From positions 1 to 55,764 of IMG/VR virus record IMGVR_UViG_3300012952_000026: DNA of 55,764 nucleotides, one strand, 5' to 3'. The position numbers were made by a program, and so were the translations under genes. The DNA is from a virus (taxonomy: Duplodnaviria > Caudoviricetes). Below the pieces are notes generated by a model, which worked only from the letters and a program-made list of their open reading frames with translations, made no database searches and was not told where the DNA came from. Positions 1-10,100 of this stretch are shown in pieces (the first letter of the stretch is position 1; every line of letters starts with the position of its first letter).

Positions 1-116
1 GCAACTTTACAAAAAGGCCAGGGGCTTACTTGATATTCCGCTGCAGAACCGAAGTGGGGCTTTGGCCACCTCATATTCTTTGGTGCACCTGTTTTATCCC
101 TATCATAATACGACAT
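1..116 (-). CDS. 5' part of a hypothetical protein running off the window edge (MSYYDRDKTGAPKNMRWPKPHFGSAAEYQVSPWPFCKV...)
   Basis: Not in the ORF track. Its ATG (116-114) overlaps the protease stop codon as TAATG, the coupling used elsewhere in this window, and the frame stays open to position 1. Confidence 0.7.
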   Translation of the reverse strand, partial: MSYYDRDKTGAPKNMRWPKPHFGSAAEYQVSPWPFCKV

Positions 117-718
117 TATTCATTCCATTTAAGAATACTATTAAATATTCTATCAATTTTATCTGTTTTGTTAAAGTTTTGGTCAATTTCTTCTTGAGAG
201 ATTTCTTTGCCTTCACGAAGCATAAATGCGCCAGGTGTACTTGGTTCGGACACCATATCAAAACAAATAAGCTGAAAATCTTCTTGCACCTCATCGTTAC
301 CTGCTCGTGAACGAGTACTACCTACACCCCTAGAAGAAATACCAACTGTAATGCCTGATTCAATTAAGCTTTGTAATATTTTTCCTGAAGGTGTGTTTAA
401 CAACTCAATTGTGCCGTATACATCCTCACCATCCATATATGCTTCACGAACAACATGAGAGACATTTTTAAGTTCAACAACTGACGATTCTGGGTGGTCG
501 CATTCACCAAGCGCCCTATTTTCCCTAATCAACTTTTGATAATTATCAATTTCACGAGACAAAATATCCATTGGATAAACCCTGCCATTTTGATTAAGTG
601 TATTTGCTCTTTGTATTATACCGCTTAATGTAATAGTTCCATTTTCACCTCTATTTTCATTTAGTGTTTTTGGATCAACAGTTAGCGGCAACCATTCTGT
701 AAGTAGTTTTTTAGCCAT
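116..718 (-). CDS. gp21: Prohead core protease (T4 gp21-like)
   Basis: Motifs LNQNGRVYP, ALGECDHP (His), SHVV, GISSRGVGS (Ser) and FDMVSEPSTPGAF; lies downstream of the portal. Confidence 0.93.
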   Translation of the reverse strand: MAKKLLTEWLPLTVDPKTLNENRGENGTITLSGIIQRANTLNQNGRVYPMDILSREIDNYQKLIRENRALGECDHPESSVVELKNVSHVVREAYMDGEDVYGTIELLNTPSGKILQSLIESGITVGISSRGVGSTRSRAGNDEVQEDFQLICFDMVSEPSTPGAFMLREGKEISQEEIDQNFNKTDKIDRIFNSILKWNE

Positions 719-1575
719 TATGCCCTCATTAATTCATCTTTAAGTGATGATACTTGCAAAAATCTTTGTATTGTAGAATCTTGTATATCATCAGTTTTTA
801 ATGACTCTATTTTATTTTTTACATCTTCAACTTTCTCTAAAATAATATCATTATCTGTTGTTTCATGCAGTTCAGAAACTAACTTAAGCGTATTTATCTT
901 AATTGAATCTAGATACTTTGTAAATTCACTCATGTCATCATTTGCTGCGGCAAAAACATAGTTTTTAATAATATCTTTTTGTTCAGTTGTGAGCGTACCT
1001 GCATACTTTTCATTTAACTTTTCTGTCATTATTTTAATTACAAGCCTATCAGAGTCTTCAGTTTTTTGCTCTTCAAGAACAGGTGTGGGTGCCTTTTCTT
1101 CTAATAGTTTTTGAATTAATTGACCTTCATACATAACCATCTTTGTGAGGTCTGCCCTGTCTTCACTTCTCCAATTATTAATCAGTGTCTGAATTGTAGC
1201 AAATGTTTTGTAATTAGAGATTGACCTTGAAAAAAATGTTGACTCATTTATTTTATAGTTTATGTCATGAATTAATCTGCCTTTTTCTGCTTCAAGTTTT
1301 TCTCCGTCTATTCTTTTTGCGGCAGCTTTTGATTCCTGTATTATAGCTGCTGCAACTGCACTATCATTTGCAGTCGCAGTAGTAAGTGCTTTAAACAATC
1401 TAAATTCTTTAAACAATTCAGTGCTATGATCAAATCGTTTTTCTATAATATCAAGTGCAACTTGGGCATCGGATTTTTTGTTTTCAACTAGCTTTGAAGA
1501 TACATGCTTTAGCAAAAGCTCATATACAATTCCAACATTTCTTTTTTTATTATGTTTTGCCATTTTGGTTTCCAT
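718..1575 (-). CDS. Hypothetical head-module protein (possible prohead core/scaffold component); start may be 1563
   Basis: 285-aa helical-looking ORF between portal and protease, with a TAATG overlap to the protease. Function is inferred from position only. Confidence 0.75.
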   Translation of the reverse strand: METKMAKHNKKRNVGIVYELLLKHVSSKLVENKKSDAQVALDIIEKRFDHSTELFKEFRLFKALTTATANDSAVAAAIIQESKAAAKRIDGEKLEAEKGRLIHDINYKINESTFFSRSISNYKTFATIQTLINNWRSEDRADLTKMVMYEGQLIQKLLEEKAPTPVLEEQKTEDSDRLVIKIMTEKLNEKYAGTLTTEQKDIIKNYVFAAANDDMSEFTKYLDSIKINTLKLVSELHETTDNDIILEKVEDVKNKIESLKTDDIQDSTIQRFLQVSSLKDELMRA

Positions 1576-1584
1576 TTAAATTAA

Positions 1585-3567
1585 TTATTCTTTGTTATCT
1601 TTATTTTCTTTATTTTCTTTTAAACCATCGAATGATTTAAGAGTTGACTTAAGTTCTGCTGTCATTTTTGCATTTTCACTTAATTTTTCATCAATATAAT
1701 TGTTAAAACTAAAACTTTCTTTTTCTTCCATTATTATCGGCTTTGGAGGCTTTAAGTCATTAGTGGCTGTTTTTAACGTCCGATTTGACTTTGCACCAAA
1801 CGGATGTGCCATTGAATCTTGATCCTGCTTTCCATACCTGTGTTTTCTAACACTTGGTCCATATCGATTCACGTTTGTTGCACGTGGACGATGGTCTATA
1901 TCGTTATTTGCTGTAACGGGTAATTTATGACCATGTTTATTGACTCTTGATTTCTTTTTGCTCTTAACCGGTCCTGCCGTGTTTGTGTTTAGTAGTTCAG
2001 ACGAAGTTGCATTATTTATTTTATCTTGCGCTTTTAGGGGTGCATTTTCATCTGTGATTGATTGCCTTACATCATCGTCAGTATTTGATTCTTCATCTGG
2101 TTTTTCTTCATTTTCCATAACAACGTCATCTGGTGGTGGGCCAACCTCAACACCTGCATCTGAATCATTTGATGATACAACACTTTCAACGTCTAAGTCT
2201 TTTAACTTATCGTTAATTCGGCCCTCTTCAATTGCAGAAATTTCTTCATCAGTCATTCTAAATACATTTTTACGAATCCATTCCCTGTCGACTAATCCTT
2301 CTGGAACTTGCCCCGCTATTTCAAAACGCGTCCTAAACAATTCTAATTTTTGTTGCTGCGCTATTGTTGATGGATTTGATAAATTAAGTGTAAAATCAAT
2401 TAAATCTTCACCATCAAATCCATTTGCATACAAATGAATCACTGCTATTTTATTTAACTCTGAAATAATTGTTCTTTGCATTCTTTGAATTGTTCGTGAA
2501 AATCTTACATCTTCTTGAGCTAAAGTAGCTTTTGCGCCGAGGCCCTCATCATATCCAAGATATGCTTTTGGAATTTTTAGTGCAGCAAATAATTTCTTTT
2601 GAATATATTCAACATCTTCAATTGCAGTCGTATTTGTACCACCGGCCAGCGTATCAATTTTTGTTCCTGTGTCTGCACCCCTAACAGGAAGATAATAATC
2701 CTCATCAACAGATAATGGATTATAACGAAGATCAACTCTTCCACTTGTTTGATCTACAACCTGATTTCTTTTAAGGGTAGTCTGGACTTGCTCCATATAG
2801 TTTCCTATATCTTCAGGTGGAACATTTCCTACATCTACATAAAATACTCTTCTTTCTGGTGAACGAACTACACGATAAACCAGCATTGCATCTTCAATTA
2901 AAATTAATTGCCTCCATATTCTACGCGCAGGCTCCAAAACAGAAGAACCATATGGCAAAAATGCATCATTACCAAGAAGCCTAAAGTGTGAAATTTGCCA
3001 ATTTTCTAAAACTTGATTACCCTGAGTAATCCATCGAAAACGAACAGCCATAGGATCATCTGGGTCGTATCCTTCTTCACGTTCTATTTCATTTACTGGA
3101 ATTGGAAATGCATTAATAATACCGTGCTCTGGTGAAACATCATTAAAAAGAAAGAAATCACCATATTTACAAAGATTTCTTGCCCATGAAGGCAAATTAA
3201 AATCAACATTAAGTGTATCTAGAAATAAATCATTTAATAATATTTCAACTTGTGGATTATTTGAATGAACATGTAATACTTGTCCGTGTTCATCTGCCGC
3301 ACAAATCTCTTCTGAGTATATGTCGAGTGCGCTTGCAATTTCTGGTGAATATTCCATTTCACCAAAGTCAGCTGATCTTGCCATTCTATCATAAGATCCA
3401 TACGCAGACATTGCAGTATTATAAATCGCACTATTTGATTTACGAAATAATTCATATGCAGATGAATCTACATTACTGTGACCTGAGTCACGTACCCTTC
3501 TTTTAATAACTGGGCCACTTCTAAAAAGCCTTGTTAAATTACTAAATAAATTTTTGTTATCTGCCAT
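1585..3567 (-). CDS. gp20: Portal protein (T4 gp20-like) with long C-terminal extension
   Basis: Motifs PEIASALDIY, QLILIEDAMLVYRVVRSPERRVFYVDVGN, EDYYLPVRG, TKIDTLAGG and DVEYIQKKLFAALKIPKAYL. Confidence 0.93.
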   Translation of the reverse strand: MADNKNLFSNLTRLFRSGPVIKRRVRDSGHSNVDSSAYELFRKSNSAIYNTAMSAYGSYDRMARSADFGEMEYSPEIASALDIYSEEICAADEHGQVLHVHSNNPQVEILLNDLFLDTLNVDFNLPSWARNLCKYGDFFLFNDVSPEHGIINAFPIPVNEIEREEGYDPDDPMAVRFRWITQGNQVLENWQISHFRLLGNDAFLPYGSSVLEPARRIWRQLILIEDAMLVYRVVRSPERRVFYVDVGNVPPEDIGNYMEQVQTTLKRNQVVDQTSGRVDLRYNPLSVDEDYYLPVRGADTGTKIDTLAGGTNTTAIEDVEYIQKKLFAALKIPKAYLGYDEGLGAKATLAQEDVRFSRTIQRMQRTIISELNKIAVIHLYANGFDGEDLIDFTLNLSNPSTIAQQQKLELFRTRFEIAGQVPEGLVDREWIRKNVFRMTDEEISAIEEGRINDKLKDLDVESVVSSNDSDAGVEVGPPPDDVVMENEEKPDEESNTDDDVRQSITDENAPLKAQDKINNATSSELLNTNTAGPVKSKKKSRVNKHGHKLPVTANNDIDHRPRATNVNRYGPSVRKHRYGKQDQDSMAHPFGAKSNRTLKTATNDLKPPKPIIMEEKESFSFNNYIDEKLSENAKMTAELKSTLKSFDGLKENKENKDNKE

Positions 3568-3624
3568 TATTCTCTCACAAAAGTATTATGCGTCAGCACT
3601 TTTATTTTTTACACAGTATGGTAT

Positions 3625-3632
3625 TAAATATA
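3625..3632 (-). promoter_or_regulatory. Putative late promoter motif ATATTTA upstream of the portal
   Basis: One copy of the recurrent motif described in findings. Confidence 0.45.
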
Positions 3633-3665
3633 CAGTATTTTAATAATTTGTGCTTCCTTTGTTTA

Positions 3666-5285
3666 TTATTTTTTCTTATCATGCATCATCCATGAAAACA
3701 TAGGATCGACTTGTTGTGTTTTAGACATTACTTGAGACTTTGATCCTGGTGCTCCAAACTGAGTCACAGGAATTATTTTTGTATTACTTAATTTAGTTTG
3801 AATTTTATTGTCATCGTGTTTTTTGGATGTTACTCCCATTGCAGCTAACATTGCCTCGTTAATTGCATTTGCATTTGCACCCGCATCAGATGAGCCATCA
3901 TATAACCAAACACAAATTGCTAAGCTCATTATAAGATCATCGTTATATCCTTTTAGCGCCTGGGCCTTGTTTCCCTTCCATGCAAACGTTTTCATTTCTG
4001 CATAAAATCTTGATGAATAAATCATGATATTTTTATTTCTTATAGTTTCTTCTAGTTTAGTTAATATCTGTGGCCTTGTTTTTCCTGATGTTGTAAATCC
4101 TGCAACTGATATATCTTGATCTGGTGTATAACTGCCAATAAATGCACCTTTTCTATTTCTATAATACATGTTTGGATAATTTAAATCTTTTAATTTTAAT
4201 ATTGTTGCATAACCGTATGAATTATTCTCAGGACACATAAGCGCCTTATTGTATTTTAATCCATATTCATTTAATAGTTCCCCATATCTATCAGGTGGAA
4301 TTTTTCCTTGGAACTCAGCAACAACTTCGCCAGTGTTAACATCAATTACGTGAAATGTAGAAAAATCTTTTGAATCACCGCGTGATATATCAGCTGACAT
4401 AATATACTTGTGCTCACTTAAAGGCTGCTTCCATATCCAAACATTTAAGTTTGGTCCCTCTCTTGTAATGGGTTTTTTAATTGTTGTGTTTACCCACTCT
4501 ATATCATCATCTGCTAAAAATACATCCCCAGATGTAGCAAAATCACAAAGATACTCTTGTGCAGTTTGACGCTTTGATAAGTTATTTGTAGTAGTCTTAA
4601 ACCATTCATCATCATGCTCAGGATGAACATCCCAAGGCAATAGTATTGGTTTAAAATCATTTGCGCCCTTTTCTGCATCTGTATATATTTTATGAAATTG
4701 GCCGCCGACACCATTTGGTGTTGATAAAATAATGGCCCTACCACCAGTTGTTAGTGTAGGATACAAACCAGTCCATAACGTATCGAAGTTATGAATAAAT
4801 GCAGCTTCGTCAATAATAAGAAGTGAAAGTGCCTCTGATCTACCTGCATCATCAGATGTAGGAACAGCTTTGATTGATGATCCGTTTGAGAACTCAATCA
4901 TCTGCTTGTTATCTGATACAATCTCAGGTAAAACTAGCCACTTTGGCATTTCCTTTATTACTGTTTTTACTTTTTTAATAAAATTTTGTGCGACTGCCAA
5001 CTTTGTAGCAATAACTAAAATATTTTTATCTTTTTGAAACAATGCAAGCCAAACTGAATATGCTGCAACAAGTGTTGATAAACCAAGCTGCCTTGATTTA
5101 TTAACGACTACAAAGCGATTATCAATAAATTCTTGAGTGCAGTCATCTTGAAATTGATATGTTTTAAATGATATTCGACCACGAACGGGATGTTGTATCT
5201 TTACATACTTATTAAAGAAATATGTCGGCTGTTTACCACACTTAATTATTTCTTTTATTTGTCTTGATTTTTGATTAGTAGCCAT
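3666..5285 (-). CDS. terL: Terminase large subunit (T4 gp17-like)
   Basis: Q-motif (YQFQ), Walker A variant KSRQLGLST, Walker B LLIIDEAAF, coupling motif STPNG, and RNase H-like nuclease motifs SADISRG and NDDLIMSLA. Confidence 0.95.
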   Translation of the reverse strand: MATNQKSRQIKEIIKCGKQPTYFFNKYVKIQHPVRGRISFKTYQFQDDCTQEFIDNRFVVVNKSRQLGLSTLVAAYSVWLALFQKDKNILVIATKLAVAQNFIKKVKTVIKEMPKWLVLPEIVSDNKQMIEFSNGSSIKAVPTSDDAGRSEALSLLIIDEAAFIHNFDTLWTGLYPTLTTGGRAIILSTPNGVGGQFHKIYTDAEKGANDFKPILLPWDVHPEHDDEWFKTTTNNLSKRQTAQEYLCDFATSGDVFLADDDIEWVNTTIKKPITREGPNLNVWIWKQPLSEHKYIMSADISRGDSKDFSTFHVIDVNTGEVVAEFQGKIPPDRYGELLNEYGLKYNKALMCPENNSYGYATILKLKDLNYPNMYYRNRKGAFIGSYTPDQDISVAGFTTSGKTRPQILTKLEETIRNKNIMIYSSRFYAEMKTFAWKGNKAQALKGYNDDLIMSLAICVWLYDGSSDAGANANAINEAMLAAMGVTSKKHDDNKIQTKLSNTKIIPVTQFGAPGSKSQVMSKTQQVDPMFSWMMHDKKK

Positions 5286-5293
5286 TGTGGCTC

Positions 5294-5680
5294 TTAGTTT
5301 GTTATTTCAAATGTTGTAATTCTCTTACAATATACAGTTCTTGCTGGATTAATATGGCCCTGGACACCTATTACTTCAAAGTCAGTATCTGAACTCTGCT
5401 CTTTTACTTTCAACGCTGACCCAGATGCTTCTTTAAAGTCTTTTTTTGCATTTTTCATAAAATCGTCAGTTAATTGTGCAGATTCTTTATCAAAACCTTT
5501 TGTTTGCTCCCATTGATCTTGCTCTGATGCGAACTTTCTAATGCATGCATAGGTTACAATTAATAAATTGCCCTGCAGTTTTGTTTTAAACGATGCAGTT
5601 GCTGAATCTTGTGTTGAACTACGCCCAAAAGTCGTATCTAATACTTGGCCTAAGGCTCTAACTTGCTCTTGTGATAACAT
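5294..5680 (-). CDS. Hypothetical protein
   Basis: 128-aa ORF with an AGGA RBS, 8 nt upstream of terL and preceded by the late-type motif. Confidence 0.8.
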   Translation of the reverse strand: MLSQEQVRALGQVLDTTFGRSSTQDSATASFKTKLQGNLLIVTYACIRKFASEQDQWEQTKGFDKESAQLTDDFMKNAKKDFKEASGSALKVKEQSSDTDFEVIGVQGHINPARTVYCKRITTFEITN

Positions 5681-5698
5681 TTTATATCCTGTATTTGT

Positions 5699-5708
5699 TA
5701 TAAATATA
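5699..5708 (-). promoter_or_regulatory. Putative late promoter motif (TATATTTATA on the coding strand) for the terminase operon
   Basis: Recurrent motif about 20 nt upstream of ATG 5680. Confidence 0.5.
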
Positions 5709-5981
5709 TTAAAGAATGAATTTATTACTTATTCTTGTTCTTAATTCTTTGTCTTTGTTTATTATATCCACATTTGGACGAGTGCCATTTGCCCATGCAT
5801 CCCTATCTTGATATGCCCACATTGTTGAACAATGGTCACAGCATTCAAATGTTCTATATGAAAGATCATCTTCGTTTTTAAGCATAGGAAGATCACACAC
5901 GGAACAAAATAAAGGAACATGGGCAGTATCATTTTTATCAATTAATATAGTATAAAATTCTTTTTCTATTTTTTTGTGCAT
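5709..5981 (-). CDS. Small Cys-rich, putative zinc-binding protein
   Basis: CSVC...CCDHC pattern; ATG at 5981 lies just downstream of a TATAAT box (5994-5989). Confidence 0.7.
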   Translation of the reverse strand: MHKKIEKEFYTILIDKNDTAHVPLFCSVCDLPMLKNEDDLSYRTFECCDHCSTMWAYQDRDAWANGTRPNVDIINKDKELRTRISNKFIL

Positions 5982-5988
5982 AATCAAA

Positions 5989-6017
5989 ATTATAACGTAT
6001 TATTCTATGAATGTAAC
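5989..6017 (-). promoter_or_regulatory. Putative sigma70-type promoter GTTACA-N17-TATAAT, possibly giving a leaderless mRNA
   Basis: Perfect -10 box with 17-nt spacing; chance matches are common in AT-rich DNA. Confidence 0.35.
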
Positions 6018-6026
6018 ATAGTTATA
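6018..6026 (+). promoter_or_regulatory. Putative late-type promoter variant ATAGTTATA for the plus-strand gene
   Basis: One-mismatch variant of ATATTTATA, oriented with the plus-strand gene at 6081. Confidence 0.35.
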
Positions 6027-6080
6027 AATGTTTTTAACAACAATAAATTCGTATAAAAATTAACAAAAAGGAGAATATTT

Positions 6081-7097
6081 ATGGGAAAATTTATATTAAC
6101 GGGTGTTACTTATGACAATGACGAGGAAGGTGATGGACATTCACCCCTGTGGGTTGCTGTTGGTGGTGGATATGTTGCGCACTCAACAGATGGTACAAAC
6201 TGGACAGAAGTAGCTATAAATGGTATTTCTGGGCTTAAGGATTTAACATTTGGTAAAAATGCAGAGGATGTAGATACATGGTATGGTTGTTCACATGTAG
6301 ATTCAAACTCAATTGCCTACACAACTGATGTTACTGACGCCAATTCATGGACGGCTGTAAACCCTTCTGGAAATGGTGGTGGGTATGCAATAGAATACAG
6401 TGCAAATGGCACTATAATACTTGGCAGAGAACATGAAAACTATGCGCTTAGAAGATCGACTGATTTTGGCGTAACTTGGACTAATTCAACAGTTGTCAAC
6501 CCGTCAGGAAACAATCCAAAAGTAACAAATTCATTAGCAACGAACGGCAGTGGACTTTGGGTTGCTGGGTTTGGAACTCTCGGTGTGATTATGAAATCAT
6601 ATGATGACGGTGTAACATGGTATAAATCAGCTGATTTGGGCTCAGATGAACATATTGGGCTTGAATACGCTAACGGAGTATGGGTTGCATCAGAGAAGGG
6701 AAAAACAATTAATATCTGTACAAGTATTAGCGAAGACACTAATCTTGATACATGGACGCAAATTGATCCTCCTGGTCAGCGAACACCAGACTCAATTACT
6801 TATGTAAGCGGGGACACATGGATTGTTGGTGGAGGCAGAAGAAATGTGTGGAGAAGCACTGATAATGCTGCTACGTGGACACAAGTAACAAGCCTGCCAA
6901 ACCCTAGTGGATCTGCAATATCAACAGACAATGTTCCATATTCACTTGCTTCAGATGGCACAAATGTTATCGCAACTGGTAAAAATGGGCACATTAATAT
7001 CTCTACAGATCTTGGTGATACATGGACATTAGTTTATACAATGTCAACAGGTCAAGACATGAATGCTGTTGAATACAACAAAGTTAAGCCGTTTTAA
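6081..7097 (+). CDS. Asp-box (BNR) repeat beta-propeller protein
   Basis: Repeated S-x-D-x-G-x-T-W motifs (STDGTNW, STDFGVTW, SYDDGVTW, STDNAATW, STDLGDTW); strong AAGGAG RBS. Confidence 0.88.
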   Translation: MGKFILTGVTYDNDEEGDGHSPLWVAVGGGYVAHSTDGTNWTEVAINGISGLKDLTFGKNAEDVDTWYGCSHVDSNSIAYTTDVTDANSWTAVNPSGNGGGYAIEYSANGTIILGREHENYALRRSTDFGVTWTNSTVVNPSGNNPKVTNSLATNGSGLWVAGFGTLGVIMKSYDDGVTWYKSADLGSDEHIGLEYANGVWVASEKGKTINICTSISEDTNLDTWTQIDPPGQRTPDSITYVSGDTWIVGGGRRNVWRSTDNAATWTQVTSLPNPSGSAISTDNVPYSLASDGTNVIATGKNGHINISTDLGDTWTLVYTMSTGQDMNAVEYNKVKPF

Positions 7098-7118
7098 AAA
7101 AACGTTAACTTTACTTCT

Positions 7119-7152
7119 AAATTGCCCGGCTTTGTCGGGCAATTTTATTTTT
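7119..7152 (+). terminator. Intrinsic terminator between convergent genes
   Basis: Stem AAATTGCCCGGC/GTCGGGCAATTT (one G-U pair), 3-nt loop, followed by a T-rich tract. Confidence 0.75.
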
Positions 7153-10100
7153 GAGACACATGAGAATTATTTTTGTCACTAGTAATTTCAATAATATTAT
7201 CTACAATATCCTTGACTGCATCAACATGTGATATAATAATTATATTTTTAAAGTATTGCTTAAGTGAAGTCAATAGTCTACCGCACATCTCTACATTCAT
7301 TTCATCTAATGCACCGAATCCCTCGTCAATAATAAGCATATTTGTTTTTGGTAGTGATGATACATTAATTAATGCAACCCTTATAGCAAGAGATGCAATC
7401 ATTTTTTCCATACCTGATGCGAGCTCTATAATGCGCTTTGAATCACCGTAGTTAATATAAATATCCATTGCATTTGTATTAGGGTCGGCCTCTAATTCAA
7501 CTGTAAACCCAACGGTGTTTTGTAGGATTTTTGATATTTCATTGTTGATATTAGGAAGCTGGCTCATGATAATTTGAAGAGGTATTCCTTTTTTGGAAAC
7601 TGCATTAATAAAGAGTTTGTATATTTCCCACCTATTTTTTAAGTCACTATATTTTTCTCTCTCTTCGTTTAACGATGATATCTCATTTTCTATTCTACCT
7701 ATGTTCTGCGCTGCATGCATTCTTTTCGCATCGACATCACTAATTTCAGTATTTAATGTTGAAATTTTTGTTTTTAGTTGCTTAGTTTCATCACTAACAT
7801 CTGAAGTTTTACATTCTCTCTTTAGTTTTTCAAGAAGTAAATTAGCTTGAATAAGTGCATCTTCAGCTGATGAAAGCTCAAGTGTCTTTGCAGCAAGGCA
7901 CGCTTTTTCATTTGCAAGCTCTACCCTATTTGTGGACTCTTTTCTTAACACCTCATTATATTTTTCTAATTTTTCATCTAGTTTCTTAGACACAAATTCA
8001 TTATGAGTCCTTTGAGTTGCATCTAATATTTTTTGCAATTCATTTACAAACTCTAATTGTTCTTGAATTGAAGCCTTGTCCTTAAAAGAGTCTTTTATAA
8101 ATTTACATGTTGGAAAAGAATCACCACATGGCACTTCAGAAAGCTTATTTATTGATTTTTCTTTTCTATTTAAGATCTCATTTTGGTGCTTTAGATCTCC
8201 TGTTAACTGAAGCAATGTTTTTTCATTTTCAGACATTTCCTTTATTTGCAAGTTTAATTGTTCATAAGGAAAATTTTCTTTGAATAGTTCAATTTTGTCA
8301 ATCTTTGATTGAATTGTTTTAATTTCATTGTTTCTAGACTCTATTAAACCATTAATTCTTTTAATTTTTTCATTTAATTTATTTACATTATCCTGCTGGT
8401 TGTTAACATCATGCTGTGTTACTCCACAAGAATCATCTAGTTTATTTAATTCAATTTGCAATGTTTGTAAAGTATGCCTCTTTTTAGATAGCTCTGACTC
8501 TAAGTTTTTAATTAAAGATTTTTCGTCTTTAAGGTCTTCATTCAAACTATAAAGAACAACATCCCAGTCTCTGTCAGGAACATCTTTCATTAGTGTGTTC
8601 ACTTCGTCTAATTCTGTTTTTGCAAACTTTTGCATTCCATCAAAAATATCTAAATCAAGAAACTTTGTTAGAATCATTTTTCTTCTTGTGGCTTTTTCAC
8701 CAATGAAATTATTCATTCCACCTTGTGATGCCAATGAAGTCATAAGAAAATCCTCAGAAGTTCCTATTAGGTTACGAAGTATTACCTCTGTTTCACGGCG
8801 CTGTTCACCGTCCATATCTTTTGAAACATTTCCTGCCGCATCAACAAGATCAAGTGTAAGATCTGTTCTTGCTGTAACTACGCCCTTTTTGCTTTCACTT
8901 TTTGTTGATGTTCGTGTTGTTTTATATCTTTTTCCATTTACTGAAAATTGTGTTGTAACATCACATGAGCCTTTTCTTGAATTAATAATGTGCACATTTT
9001 TAATTGGCCCCCTGTCTGTTGTGTTAAACAATCCATACATCATGGTCCCAATAATTGAAGATTTACCAGATCTATTTGGTCCAAAAATTCCAATTATTCC
9101 GCGTAATTTATCAAAGTTTATTGAGTTATCTTTACCGTAAGAAAAAGTATTGTTAAAATCTACTGAGTGTATGTTCCACTTTGCGTTTCGCGATATTTCA
9201 TCTGATTTTGATAAAGATGACAAAGATCTTGTTATTAACTTATCAAGGCTTTCAGTCTTTTTACTATCAAGATCAGAGTTTTTATAAAACTTTTTAAATA
9301 GTGTTGAATGAACAGATGAATCTCTCAAATTATAAGATGTTGGTGCCTCTTTGTCAATTATTTGAGGTGCCTCAAAATCTTCTTCTATTTTATATACTAT
9401 TTCAGCAGCTTCTTTTTCATGCTTTAGCTCAGAGTGAAGATGTATAATATCTGACTGCGCTATTGCTTTATCGCTTCTTATTCTAAATCTTGAACCATTT
9501 GGAAAACCCCTTGCTACATCTATTGTATCTTTTACGTTGTTTTGCCAATCAATAGTTACAAAAGGACGTGTGTGTTCAAGTTCATGGTATTTTACGCTAA
9601 AGTCATCTTTGTCCTTAATGTCCCAAACCAAAAATCCTTTACCTGTATTTTCACCATAATTTTGCTGAATTAGTGAACCTGGATATCTTACGCGTCCATA
9701 GTCATCAACAATTTGTCGCTGATGAATGTCACCCAATAATGCGAAATCAAACTTATCAAAAAACGATATATCAACTTCGCCTTCAATTGTCCAGTCTGTG
9801 TCAGTTTTAGAGCCGCGAACAGCTCCATGAAATAATGCAATATTTATTTTATCTTCTTCTGGTTCAATATCATCCCATTTTGCTTCGTCAAAACAAGAAA
9901 AGTTATTCCAAACAAACTTATCTTCATATCCTGCAACTGGGAAATTACCAGACTCTTTATATAAAAATATATTTGGATTATTTAATGCATTTACAATTGG
10001 TGTAATTGCGTCTTGCCTGTCTTTGTTTTTTATTAAGCCATCGTGGTTTCCAAGAATGATATGTGTTGGTGCTATCTCTGCAAGTGATGTAAACCACCAC

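Noticed and set aside
16-67. Long imperfect hairpin (GGCCAGGGGCTTACTT...AAGTGGGGCTTTGGCC) suggesting a structured RNA
   Set aside because: It lies inside the coupled minus-strand CDS starting at 116, needs four G-U pairs and a mismatch, and has no tRNA or other recognisable RNA features.
5070-5105. Terminase Walker A lacking the usual Lys (KSRQLGLST), suggesting an inactive ATPase
   Set aside because: Walker A variants with the Lys shifted N-terminally are a known terminase class, and all other motifs are intact.
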